29,993 nt of DNA from Planctomycetota bacterium (GTDB taxonomy: Bacteria; Planctomycetota; Planctomycetia; Pirellulales; Lacipirellulaceae), in the NCBI GenBank assembly GCA_039190745.1, contig JBCCXZ010000054.1:1-29993 (forward strand), in the 5' to 3' direction. The position numbers and the translations under genes were made by a program. Positions 1 through 11,441 of this stretch are shown here, one piece after another. A model generated the notes under the pieces. That model did no database searches. It worked only from the letters and a program-made list of their open reading frames with translations, and was not told where the DNA came from. Position 1 is the first letter of the stretch, and the number at the start of each line of letters is the position of its first letter.

Positions 1-52
1 GCGGATGCAAGTAGACTTCAACACAAGAAACGACGGGGAGTCGGAGCGTCGA

Positions 53-136
53 CCAAACGGCGGCCGGCTTTTCGCTAAACAGCCTCTCCTGGTACGCGGG
101 CAACTGCCAGAGGTCGTCTGGTGAGAGGCCTTCGAG
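53..136 (-). pseudogene. Degenerate duplicate of the 3' end of glnA (direct repeat of 2611-2694)
   Basis: Ungapped alignment at offset 2558 gives 65/84 identical nt by hand count. Minus strand reads LEGLSPDDLWQLPAYQERLFSEK versus Gln[23 protein letters not shown]. The stop TAG has become AAG. Patchy similarity continues into 1-46 versus 2502-2585. Confidence 0.85.
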
Positions 137-272
137 TAAGTGCGTCGGCTTTCGTCGTCGGGCTCAGGTCCATAGGAGGCGTCCTTTTTCCCTACGTGTG
201 CCCCACAGTGGAGCGCTTCGGGTCCAGAATCGCTTGATGCTGTGACGCGTACCGCAGGAAAGGAATTGTCCA

Positions 273-1358
273 TTACGGCTTGCCCTCGCAGAACGTTCGC
301 CAGTGGTAGCGTTGAAAAGCGATGGTAGAAGCGTCCGTCGGCATTGAGATTTCATCACTCGGTTGGGGCACACGGCTGGGGTCGGCCGTCTCGACGTTTC
401 GCTTGTCTTCGTTGAGCACGACGATGTTCAGCGCGTCGGCGAGACGCCAGAACGGATTGCGTTTCCCGAAGTTGCGTTTGGGCACGATGAACTGATTCGA
501 GTGGCCATTCGCGGTTGGAGTGCACCAGATGTGCAGGTACCAAGCTCGTGGCACACGACGGCCCTTGAAACGAGCGACTCCCTTCAGCGGAACGCGAAGC
601 GACATCCCATTCGGAGGCAAGAAGCTAATCCTTCCGCTATCGGAGGACCGTCCGTCCGCCGGGTTCGTGAGCGACCAGTCCATGTCGAAAGAGCCGTCGC
701 TGCGGATGTTAGTTTCGAGGCTGAGAGTCGCGTCCGACAGCTTGCCGATCTTGCGTCCTAAGCCTGCGCCAATCGTTCGAGAGTGGACTACTGGGATGTG
801 CGCCACGTCGAGCATCGTTTGTATGGCTCGGCTCCAGTGGGCATCCCACTCCCGAACGATCGGCGCCCCGGACCAACCCGACTCGGTCATCGAGTCTGGC
901 AAGTCGGGCATGTCCGGCGGGCTCTCGTCGGCAGCTTCGAGGACGCGTGTGAAGAGCCAAATCATGCCACCGAGGTCACAGGCTGCAAGGCGTTGTGAGC
1001 TTACTTTCTCTGGCTTCCCTCGGTCGCCGAGCAAGGGGATGCTCCGGCAGACGCCCGTTTCGTCATACTCCCAAGCATGAAATGGGCATTGGATGCAACC
1101 GTCGCTTGTGACCTTGCCGACCGAGAGCTTCACCGAGCGATGCGGGCATTGGTCGACGAGAGCTGCAACCTTCTCTCCTTGCCGCCACAGAACCACAGGG
1201 ACGCCGTCGACGACGAGGCCGAGCGGATCTCTCGCACCGAGCGTCTTGCTGAATGCGACTGGGATCCAACAGCCGCCGATCGTTGGGAACTGGTGAGTGA
1301 GTCTTTGAGGGCCGCGCGGTACGGTGCCGGTTGTGCCCGATTCGGCTGTTGTGGTCAT
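273..1358 (-). CDS. Rieske non-heme iron oxygenase alpha subunit (VanA/aromatic demethylase-like)
   Basis: Rieske motif CPHR...CPFH; mononuclear Fe motif DVAHIPVVH plus a late Asp (NEDK). Start taken at ATG 1358 (MTTTAES); ATG at 1448 is also possible. Confidence 0.85.
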   Translation of the reverse strand: MTTTAESGTTGTVPRGPQRLTHQFPTIGGCWIPVAFSKTLGARDPLGLVVDGVPVVLWRQGEKVAALVDQCPHRSVKLSVGKVTSDGCIQCPFHAWEYDETGVCRSIPLLGDRGKPEKVSSQRLAACDLGGMIWLFTRVLEAADESPPDMPDLPDSMTESGWSGAPIVREWDAHWSRAIQTMLDVAHIPVVHSRTIGAGLGRKIGKLSDATLSLETNIRSDGSFDMDWSLTNPADGRSSDSGRISFLPPNGMSLRVPLKGVARFKGRRVPRAWYLHIWCTPTANGHSNQFIVPKRNFGKRNPFWRLADALNIVVLNEDKRNVETADPSRVPQPSDEISMPTDASTIAFQRYHWRTFCEGKP

Positions 1359-1552
1359 GGCTGCGTACCTAAGTCTTCTTGCCGTCCGCTCGGTGTCGTC
1401 ACGCTTAAGCAAAGGCGCGTTCGCGGCCTTGCGACTCGCAAGAAGCACCGGCGAGCATCAATCGCCAAGGCTCAGGCGCAGCAAGGCTTGTGCTCACTTC
1501 TCGACCCTCTGTCCAAGACGGGAAAACAGCAGCCTAGTACCATCAACGATGC

Positions 1553-1595
1553 ATGTCTAATATCTATATTGAATCTTGTGATAACAGATATGGAT
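1553..1595. promoter_or_regulatory. LysR-type T-N11-A operator pair in the divergent promoter
   Basis: AT-rich patch containing ATGTCTAATATCTAT (1553-1567) and ATAACAGATATGGAT (1581-1595) just upstream of the lysR ATG. Confidence 0.55.
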
Positions 1596-1601
1596 GAATA
1601 G

Positions 1602-2483
1602 ATGGAGCTTAGACAGCTACGCGCTTTCCTCGCCCTCGCCGACGAGCTTCACTTCGGCAGGGCCGCTCGAAGACTTGGCACGACACAGCCCGCGGTGAGT
1701 CGGATGCTCCGAGAGCTCGAAGAAGAGCTGGGGGCGCGCCTGCTGAACCGCACCAGCCGATCGACATCGCTGACCCCTGCCGGCAAAGCGTTCCAGGGTC
1801 CGGCGAGGAAGTGCCTAGACCACTCTGAGATGGCGCAGAGAGCCGCCAGAGAAAGAGTCAGCGACGGGATCCAACGGCTCCGCATCGGAGTCGCAATGGG
1901 AGGATCGCAGCCCGCGCTCGGTGAAGCGTTGAGGCTCTTCAACGAGGCTCATCCGGCGGCAGAAATCTCCACGACCGCGATCGACGAGGCGTCGCTCGCC
2001 TACGATGTCACCAGCGGCAGCGTCGATGTGGCTATCGCATGGGACGGTTCGATACCGAAGGGATTGAAGAGCCGTCATTTCATGGCCGTCCCGATGTCGG
2101 TCTTGGTTAGTCGGAACCACCGGCTGGCAAGAAAGTCGATGGTCTCGCTCCGTGACCTCGCCGAAGAGCGGATTATCATGCCCAGACGCGACCGCAATCC
2201 CGTCATCCTTGCGACATATCAGAGTTACACAGCAGAGTTCGGGTTCAAGCCGCGTGTCATCGCTGATGTGTCGGGGATGGACATGCTCCTCGCATTGGTC
2301 GCGGGCGGCGTGGGAGTCGGCAACGCTCCGATCACGCCTGGACTTCGCTATCCAGGTGTGAAGAGGATCAAACAGGAGCCTCGTTTCGAGCTGAAGTACC
2401 GCGCGGTTTGGTACGAGAAGACCTATGCGATCGGCGCGCTCTTGGACTGCCTTGAGTCGGCTTCGCCTAGTCGGTGCGAGTAG
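1602..2483 (+). CDS. LysR-family transcriptional regulator
   Basis: MELRQLRAFLALADELHFGRAARRLGTTQPAVSR HTH; LLNRTSRSTSLTPAG; 293 aa; divergent from the Rieske gene. Confidence 0.95.
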   Translation: MELRQLRAFLALADELHFGRAARRLGTTQPAVSRMLRELEEELGARLLNRTSRSTSLTPAGKAFQGPARKCLDHSEMAQRAARERVSDGIQRLRIGVAMGGSQPALGEALRLFNEAHPAAEISTTAIDEASLAYDVTSGSVDVAIAWDGSIPKGLKSRHFMAVPMSVLVSRNHRLARKSMVSLRDLAEERIIMPRRDRNPVILATYQSYTAEFGFKPRVIADVSGMDMLLALVAGGVGVGNAPITPGLRYPGVKRIKQEPRFELKYRAVWYEKTYAIGALLDCLESASPSRCE

Positions 2484-2530
2484 CGTCGAGAGCTAGGCCT
2501 GGCGGATGCACAACCAGCTGATAAGGGCGC

Positions 2531-2570
2531 AAAAAAACGACGGGCGCTCCCAGGGGAGACGCCCGCCGTT
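2531..2570 (-). terminator. Intrinsic terminator of glnA
   Basis: Minus strand AACGGCGGGCGTCTCCC-CT-GGGAGCGCCCGTCGTT running into a T7 tract, ~55 nt after the glnA stop. Confidence 0.8.
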
Positions 2571-2625
2571 GACGGGGAATCGGAGTGGTTGGGGATGGCG
2601 GGTTTTTACGCCAGACGGGCGCCGG

Positions 2626-4863
<2,238 letters not shown>

Positions 4864-5040
4864 GGTAACTCGTCCGCCCAGTGGGTGGAGCCTCCTGGAG
4901 AAGGGGTGTGCCGCCCTGCTCAGACGGGGCCGAGATGCCACGGGAGTGGCATGGGGCCGCGGTCGGCGGGCAGCAGAGGTAGGGAGTAAGGAGGCCCGTC
5001 CGTGGCCAGAAGGGTGTGCGTTCCCTCACGCGGAGCAGGG

Positions 5041-5057
5041 TGCATTTGCTGCGCCAA
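5041..5057 (-). promoter_or_regulatory. Sigma-54 (-24/-12) promoter for glnA
   Basis: Minus strand TTGGCGCAGCAAATGCA has exact GG-N10-GC spacing and lies upstream of a nitrogen-assimilation gene. Confidence 0.75.
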
Positions 5058-5108
5058 ACCTCAGAGAGGCTGTTTTTACCGCCGTCGATCGATGGTGCGA
5101 GAATGTCG

Positions 5109-5146
5109 TGCGCAAAACGCGGGCATCTGTGCCCGCAAGGCGTACA
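5109..5146. promoter_or_regulatory. Candidate tandem NtrC-like enhancer sites
   Basis: TGCGCAAAACGCGGGCA (5109-5125) and TGCCCGCAAGGCGTACA (5130-5146) are 17-mers resembling TGC-N11-GCA, 21 bp apart, upstream of the -24 box. Confidence 0.4.
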
Positions 5147-5207
5147 GGCGACGTATTGTCGGCCTTTAGGAAACTGCTGGCCATTGAGAGTCGCGATCGA
5201 TTGGGTG

Positions 5208-5243
5208 TTGACAGCCAATACACTACTGTTATATATCTGTAAT
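5208..5243 (+). promoter_or_regulatory. Sigma-70-like promoter and probable GntR operator of the ABC operon
   Basis: TTGACA at 5208-5213 followed by AT-rich TGTTATATATCTGTAAT, upstream of gntR. Confidence 0.55.
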
Positions 5244-5278
5244 CACTTGGCCGCCGCCTCTCGCCGAAACACCGCCGA

Positions 5279-5692
5279 ATGCTCCTCCGCATCGAAAAAG
5301 GCTCCGCTGTGCCCGTCTCGCGGCAGATCGCCGAGCAGGTGGCCACGCTCTGCACCTCGGGCAAACTCCGTCCCGGCGACAAGCTGCCCTCGGTCCGCGA
5401 GCTCGCCCGCGAGCTTGCCGTCAACCAGAACACCGTGCTGAGGGTCTACGACCGGCTGGCCCGCGAGGGGCTGCTGGACATCCGCCACGGGCAGGGGACG
5501 TTCGTCTCGGAGGACGCCCGGTCAAAGGGCCTGCCGGCCCATCGTGCCCGGTTGCAAGACGAGCTGCGGCAGATTGTCCGTCAGGGACTTTCCCTCGGGC
5601 TGAACCGGGACGAGCTGCACGGCATGCTCGGTGAGTGCATTGATGAGGTCGAGCCGACCGTGCACGCGCCGTCAGAGTCACAAACAAACTAG
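5279..5692 (+). CDS. GntR-family regulator, YtrA subfamily
   Basis: LRPGDKLPSVRELARELAVNQNTV...GQGTFV winged HTH; short C-terminus; precedes an ABC ATPase. Confidence 0.92.
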   Translation: MLLRIEKGSAVPVSRQIAEQVATLCTSGKLRPGDKLPSVRELARELAVNQNTVLRVYDRLAREGLLDIRHGQGTFVSEDARSKGLPAHRARLQDELRQIVRQGLSLGLNRDELHGMLGECIDEVEPTVHAPSESQTN

Positions 5693-5718
5693 TTGGGAAT
5701 GGTGAGGAGGTCGTTCGC

Positions 5719-6648
5719 ATGAGCGAGGCGGTGATCCAACTTGAATCGGTCCACAAGTCGTTCCGAGGGAACCACGTCTTGCAGGGCGTGTCGCTGAATG
5801 TGACGCGGGGCAAGACGTTCGCCTTCCTCGGCCGCAACGGGGCGGGCAAAACGACGACGATCCGTCTGCTCCTGGGTCTGCTGAAGCGCGACTCGGGCAC
5901 GGTGCTCGTGGCGGGGCTCGACCCGCAGACCGACCCGGTTGCGGTCCGTTCGCGGGTGGGCTACCTGGCCGAAGACCAGCAGATGTACCGCTGGATGACC
6001 GTGGACGAGATCCTGCGGTTCGTGGCGCCGTTCTACGCGGATTGGGACCACTCGCTGGCGTTCAAATACGTGAAGGAGTTCGAGCTGCCGCTGGGGGCGA
6101 AGATCAAGACGCTCTCCAAAGGGCAGAACGTGCGGCTAGGTTTGGTTCTGGCTTTAGCACACCGGCCGGAGGTGGTGGTGCTGGACGACCCGGCTTTGGG
6201 GCTCGACCCGGTGATGCGCAAGCAGTTCAACCGCGATCTGATCACGCACCTGCAAGGCGAGGGGGCGACGGTATTCTACAGCTCGCACTTGCTGCAGGAG
6301 GTAGAGCCAGTGGCGGACGAGGTGGCGATCCTCGACAAGGGCCGGCTCGTGCGTCAGTGCGGTACCGAAGAGCTGCGGGCCGACGTCCGGCAATTTGTCC
6401 TCTCGCGGGAGTCTTGCCAGTACCACGGCAACGGTTGGCGGGTGCTCGACGCGAAGCATGACGGCGACGAGATGGCCGTGGTCGTCGAGCAGGCTTCGCA
6501 GGCCGAGCGGATGCTGCAGCACGAAGGCGTGCCGCACCGGGTGCAGGGGTTGTCGCTCGATGAGATTTTTGAGGCGTACACGGCGGGGACGCCAGCGTCG
6601 TTTGGCGAGCAGGAGAGCGCCCCCTCGCTCACGCTCGGGGCTCCGTAA
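5719..6648 (+). CDS. ABC transporter ATP-binding protein (YtrB-like)
   Basis: Walker A GRNGAGKTT, signature LSKGQ, Walker B VVVLDDP, H-loop SSH. Confidence 0.93.
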   Translation: MSEAVIQLESVHKSFRGNHVLQGVSLNVTRGKTFAFLGRNGAGKTTTIRLLLGLLKRDSGTVLVAGLDPQTDPVAVRSRVGYLAEDQQMYRWMTVDEILRFVAPFYADWDHSLAFKYVKEFELPLGAKIKTLSKGQNVRLGLVLALAHRPEVVVLDDPALGLDPVMRKQFNRDLITHLQGEGATVFYSSHLLQEVEPVADEVAILDKGRLVRQCGTEELRADVRQFVLSRESCQYHGNGWRVLDAKHDGDEMAVVVEQASQAERMLQHEGVPHRVQGLSLDEIFEAYTAGTPASFGEQESAPSLTLGAP

Positions 6649-6680
6649 CAGACTTCAGAGCCCCGAGCGTCAGCGAGGGG
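6621..6680. repeat. REP-like inverted repeat overlapping the ATPase 3' end
   Basis: CCCCTCGCTCACGCTCGGGGCTC (6621-6643) and GAGCCCCGAGCGTCAGCGAGGGG (6658-6680) are 22/23 complementary; the 14-nt loop contains the TAA stop. Confidence 0.8.
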
Positions 6681-6689
6681 TCCAATACC

Positions 6690-8228
6690 ATGAATCAACG
6701 CGCGATGTGGTTGAGCCTGTTCTGGAAAGAGTGGCGGGAGCGGCGTTGGGAGTTGGCGTCGCTTGCGGCGATCCTGGCGGCGGTGCCGTTGGCGGTGGCT
6801 TTCGACGACCCGCGGAGCGTTTCCTTCGCAATAGAAGCCACGCTCTTCCCTTATATCGTGATTGCCTCCTTCTTCCTCGGCTCGAGTGTTGCAGCGGGAG
6901 AAGAGACGCGAAGCACCGCCGGCTTTCTCCGGGCATTGCCCGCGCCGGGCTGGCAACCCGCCTTGGTCAAACTTGTGCTGGCGGTCACTGCCGCCGCTGT
7001 TCCGATTCTATTGGTGGCGGGCGGGGTGTCTCTGTTTTCCACCTATTGGGAATGGATTCATCCCGGGGACACAAACGGTCTCTTGGGTTCCACTGGGGCT
7101 TCGCCGTTCTGGGATGGGCCTACAGGTGTCACACTGGCCCCGATCTTGGGCGCGCTCAGCCTCATCATCTGGGCCGCAGCTTGGGGCGTGGGGAGGAAAG
7201 GAGAGGTCGAAGCGGGCGCGTGGGCCGTTGCTGCCATCATGGGTGCAGCCGTCACAGCAGGAGTCGTCGTGGACGCCCTGAAGGGAGGCGGGCAACAGCC
7301 GGAGAGCCTTGCGGCTCTCGCGGTCACCTCGGCGGCCCCAGCAGGGGTAGTGTTCAGCTTGGCTGCTGTATTCGAGCGATTCGACAACCTAAGCACCGTC
7401 GCAAACGTTAGCCGTTTGGGAATCGTCGCTCTCTGCGCCGTAGCGTCCCACGGGCTGCTGATCCGCCGTTTCCTGCAACGCTTTGCGGTCAACACTCCGG
7501 ATGGGAGAAAAATAGCGGCAGCAAGTCAAGAATCTTCCGCGGTACCCTGGCTCGGTTCACCACGCAAGAGCCCGATGGCGGCGATCTTGTGGAAGCAGGT
7601 ACGCGAGACGCTGCCGGTGTGCGCGATCGGGCTCTCCGTATTCCTGGTGTTCGGCGTTGTCCTCAGCCTGAAACAATCGCACAGACCATTCGTTGAGATG
7701 TTCTCCGACTTCGTGACGACTTTCGGTCCGGTGGTTGGGGTTCTGGTCGCGATCGTGGCGGGGATTGGTTCGTTCCTCGACGACTTGTCGCCGGGGCTGC
7801 ACACCTTCTGGCGATCGAGGCCGGTCCGGGTCGATCAGTGGTATTGGACCAAGTTCTTTGCCGGTCTGGGCGTGCCGCTAGTAGTGATGGTTGCCGTAAC
7901 CGGCGGGGCAGTCTTGTTGCAACAGCTCCCGATCAGCGGGGGACGCCGACTTGAATTCTGGGGGATCGACAGCCCGCTCTTCTGGTCATCGATGCTGCAG
8001 ACTATGACGTATTGCGGTGCCGTCGCGGCGGTCTGTCTCGTCCGGAGGCCACTCTACGCGGCGGTCTTCGCGAGCAGCGCGTGGGTGCTGGTGTACCTGC
8101 TGGTCGCGACGTGGGAGGTGATACCGTATACGGCCGCCGGCGTGGGCTGGCTAACGGCGATCCTGAGCATCGGCTGTGCGGTGGCCGGCTGGCAGGCCCT
8201 GCGGCACGACATCGGCTGGCAGCGGTAA
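6690..8228 (+). CDS. ABC-2-type permease, polytopic membrane protein with two homologous halves
   Basis: Many hydrophobic segments; repeated motifs LFWKEWRE / ILWKQVRE and FLRALP / FWRSRP; in an operon with the ATPase. Confidence 0.75.
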   Translation: MNQRAMWLSLFWKEWRERRWELASLAAILAAVPLAVAFDDPRSVSFAIEATLFPYIVIASFFLGSSVAAGEETRSTAGFLRALPAPGWQPALVKLVLAVTAAAVPILLVAGGVSLFSTYWEWIHPGDTNGLLGSTGASPFWDGPTGVTLAPILGALSLIIWAAAWGVGRKGEVEAGAWAVAAIMGAAVTAGVVVDALKGGGQQPESLAALAVTSAAPAGVVFSLAAVFERFDNLSTVANVSRLGIVALCAVASHGLLIRRFLQRFAVNTPDGRKIAAASQESSAVPWLGSPRKSPMAAILWKQVRETLPVCAIGLSVFLVFGVVLSLKQSHRPFVEMFSDFVTTFGPVVGVLVAIVAGIGSFLDDLSPGLHTFWRSRPVRVDQWYWTKFFAGLGVPLVVMVAVTGGAVLLQQLPISGGRRLEFWGIDSPLFWSSMLQTMTYCGAVAAVCLVRRPLYAAVFASSAWVLVYLLVATWEVIPYTAAGVGWLTAILSIGCAVAGWQALRHDIGWQR

Positions 8229-8362
8229 CCGACCGATAGACGAGGCCTTAGTGCCCCCCTGAAAAAGCGCGGGGTGCGAGCCCCTGTAGGCCGGCGTGTG
8301 TCGCAGATATACTCTGTCCAGCGACCACCTTTCCCCCATCGTCAAGCGACCCCCGAGTAGCG

Positions 8363-9493
<1,131 letters not shown>

Positions 9494-9504
9494 CGCGGGC
9501 GTGA

Positions 9505-9664
9505 ACCGCAGAGGTCGCGGAGGACGCAGAGGAAAGGCGAGGAGAAGTCTGTAGGAGGCCTCTCCGAGGCCGATTTCGCCGTTTGATGGATAAGGGTATC
9601 GGCCTAAGAGAGGCCTCCTACAATTCCCTCTTGTTTTCTCTGCGAACACCGCGTCCTCTGCGGT
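9505..9664. repeat. Composite palindromic element, copy 1 (9-nt-periodic outer arms around a 73-bp GTAG REP doublet)
   Basis: Outer arms 9505-9531 and 9638-9664 are 23/27 complementary. Inner arms TGTAGGAGGCCTCTCCGAGGCCGAT (9550-9574) and 9598-9622 are 23/25 complementary, with a 23-nt spacer. Confidence 0.9.
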
Positions 9665-9676
9665 GAATTCCTATCT

Positions 9677-10048
9677 TCAGTAGCGCGTGAGCAGAGTCAC
9701 GATCTCCATCGCCGCCATGGCTCGCTGGGGCGTGCTGATGTTGTCGGGGTCGGGGCGTGTGGCCACTTCGGCGGCGCGGCGCAGGTACTGCTCTCGCGAT
9801 TCGGCGACGTGCTCCCAGCCAAACTCGATCAGGGTCATGGGCCACAACGAGCGGGCCCGGTGCAGGGCAGAAAGGTCGCCCGTGAGTGCGGTGAACACCG
9901 CGTCGTCCAGTTCCTCGAGCGAGCGGCGGACCCTCTCGGTGCAAGGGTCCGGGCCGCGTGTGGCCGAGCGGTCGGCTGAGGCAAACCGGCCGGGCAGCGG
10001 CGCCGCGGGGCTGGGGAAGGGATTCGAAGAGGACGGTGCGGCTCGCAT
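9677..10048 (-). CDS. Hypothetical protein
   Basis: ATG start, globular-looking C-terminal half (LEELDDAVFTAL...ESREQYLRRA), codon style like neighbouring genes. Confidence 0.65.
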   Translation of the reverse strand: MRAAPSSSNPFPSPAAPLPGRFASADRSATRGPDPCTERVRRSLEELDDAVFTALTGDLSALHRARSLWPMTLIEFGWEHVAESREQYLRRAAEVATRPDPDNISTPQRAMAAMEIVTLLTRY

Positions 10049-10183
10049 CGTTGGCCTTTCGCGTTTTAGGCGTTCCGCAAGCCGGTGAGCGGTTGCGTGA
10101 ACGTCCGAAGAGACGGGGAGAATAGAAAGATCGACCCAAGGCGGCCGGGGTCGCGGCTTTTTGTGGTTCCTTTTTCGGGTTCC

Positions 10184-10819
10184 TTATCCGTAGTCGCGTT
10201 GCTGCCGGGCCTTCGAAGCGGCGCGGCGGGAGTTGGCCCGGCGGCGGAGCTCGGCGCTCCGTTCGCCCCCGGATGCGTCGGGCTGCTCGGCGTGCGGGTC
10301 GGCCTCCACGTCGATGACGTTCAGCGTGGCGGGCGACTCGGGGGCGAGCTCCTCGATCACCGAGTTCTGCCGCTCGAGCATCTGCCGCATCGTGCGGAGC
10401 TCGCCCGTCCAGGTGCGGTGCTCTTCGGCGCTGCGCGCCCGCTCTGAGTCGAGCAGGATGACTAGTTCCTGGGCCCGCTTTCGTTCGACGCGGAGCTCGG
10501 CCTGCAGGATGGCGTGCTGGCGTTCGACCGCTTCGAGGGCGGTAAGCTGTTCGGCGCTCTCCTCTTCGAGTTGCCGCATCTCGTCGCGGGCCAGCGTCAA
10601 CTGTTCGTTGAGCTGCTTGACCTCTTCGGGGTCGCCCGCGGCGGCCTGCGGCGTGCTGCCGATCTCGGCCTCGCGGCGCTCGAGTTCGGCTTGCCAAGCG
10701 GCCAGGTCGCGGTGCAGCTGCTCGACCGCCGAGAACGAATCGCGCACGCACGACTCGATCTCAAACTGCTCGTTGAGCAGCGGCTGGATGGCGTTTGTGA
10801 GCGGTTGCGCAGATTCCAT
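10184..10819 (-). CDS. Hypothetical coiled-coil protein
   Basis: Heptad-like E/Q/R/L-rich sequence. Start taken at ATG 10819 (MESAQP) rather than the upstream GTG. Confidence 0.7.
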   Translation of the reverse strand: MESAQPLTNAIQPLLNEQFEIESCVRDSFSAVEQLHRDLAAWQAELERREAEIGSTPQAAAGDPEEVKQLNEQLTLARDEMRQLEEESAEQLTALEAVERQHAILQAELRVERKRAQELVILLDSERARSAEEHRTWTGELRTMRQMLERQNSVIEELAPESPATLNVIDVEADPHAEQPDASGGERSAELRRRANSRRAASKARQQRDYG

Positions 10820-11062
10820 GACGGCCGGTGCGGTGTTGACTCGCGGCGGCTTACGCGGACAGTAGGGTGCGTACGGCCCGAAACGGGGGCCCAGCGGAAC
10901 AGTTTTGCCGGTCGCCGCGGAGCGATCGGCGGTGTTGGATGAGTCGGGCGGAGGCGCAGGGTAGCAAGCCTCCACTGAAACCTACCCCACGAAACGCGTC
11001 CCGGCAGAAAAAACACGGCGGGCCGGCAAGCCCTTTGGCCCCGGGAGCGGCAAACTTCAGCG

Positions 11063-11428
11063 ATGAGCAAGAAGAAACGGAAGAAACCGTCTAAGCAGCC
11101 CGCCGCGGCGGCCGCCCCGCCGCCGGAGACCCGTGCGGCCGAGGCCGTGACGGTCGGATGGACCGTGTCGCTCACCGCGTTGCTGCTGTGCGAGCTGGTG
11201 GCGGTCGCGGTGCATTTCTACGTGAAGGCGAACCCGGACGCCCAGATGATGCAGATGCTGAGGCAGATGCTGCTGTTTGGCGCCTGCGTGGTGGGCGCCT
11301 TAGTGCTCTTGCTGATCCCGGTCATGAGACGCCTGCGGAAGCTCGCCCCGCCGCCGGGGCTGGTGGCCTTCGGCGCGTTTGCGGCCGCGGCGCCGTTGCT
11401 GGCAGTTCTACTCAGAGTGATCGATTGA
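11063..11428 (+). CDS. Hypothetical membrane protein (about 3 TM segments, basic N-terminus)
   Basis: MSKKKRKK start followed by three hydrophobic stretches. Confidence 0.7.
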   Translation: MSKKKRKKPSKQPAAAAAPPPETRAAEAVTVGWTVSLTALLLCELVAVAVHFYVKANPDAQMMQMLRQMLLFGACVVGALVLLLIPVMRRLRKLAPPPGLVAFGAFAAAAPLLAVLLRVID

Positions 11429-11441
11429 GCAGTTCTGCCCG

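Noticed and set aside
137..180. Further glnA-like homology beyond 136 (…KADAL…)
   Set aside because: Requires a frameshift and has low identity; not counted as part of the duplication.
4981..5040. Fragments resembling the glutamine (glnA) riboswitch (GGAGTAAGG...GAAG; GGAACGC)
   Set aside because: The pieces lie on opposite strands and no P1 helix can be formed on the glnA sense strand.
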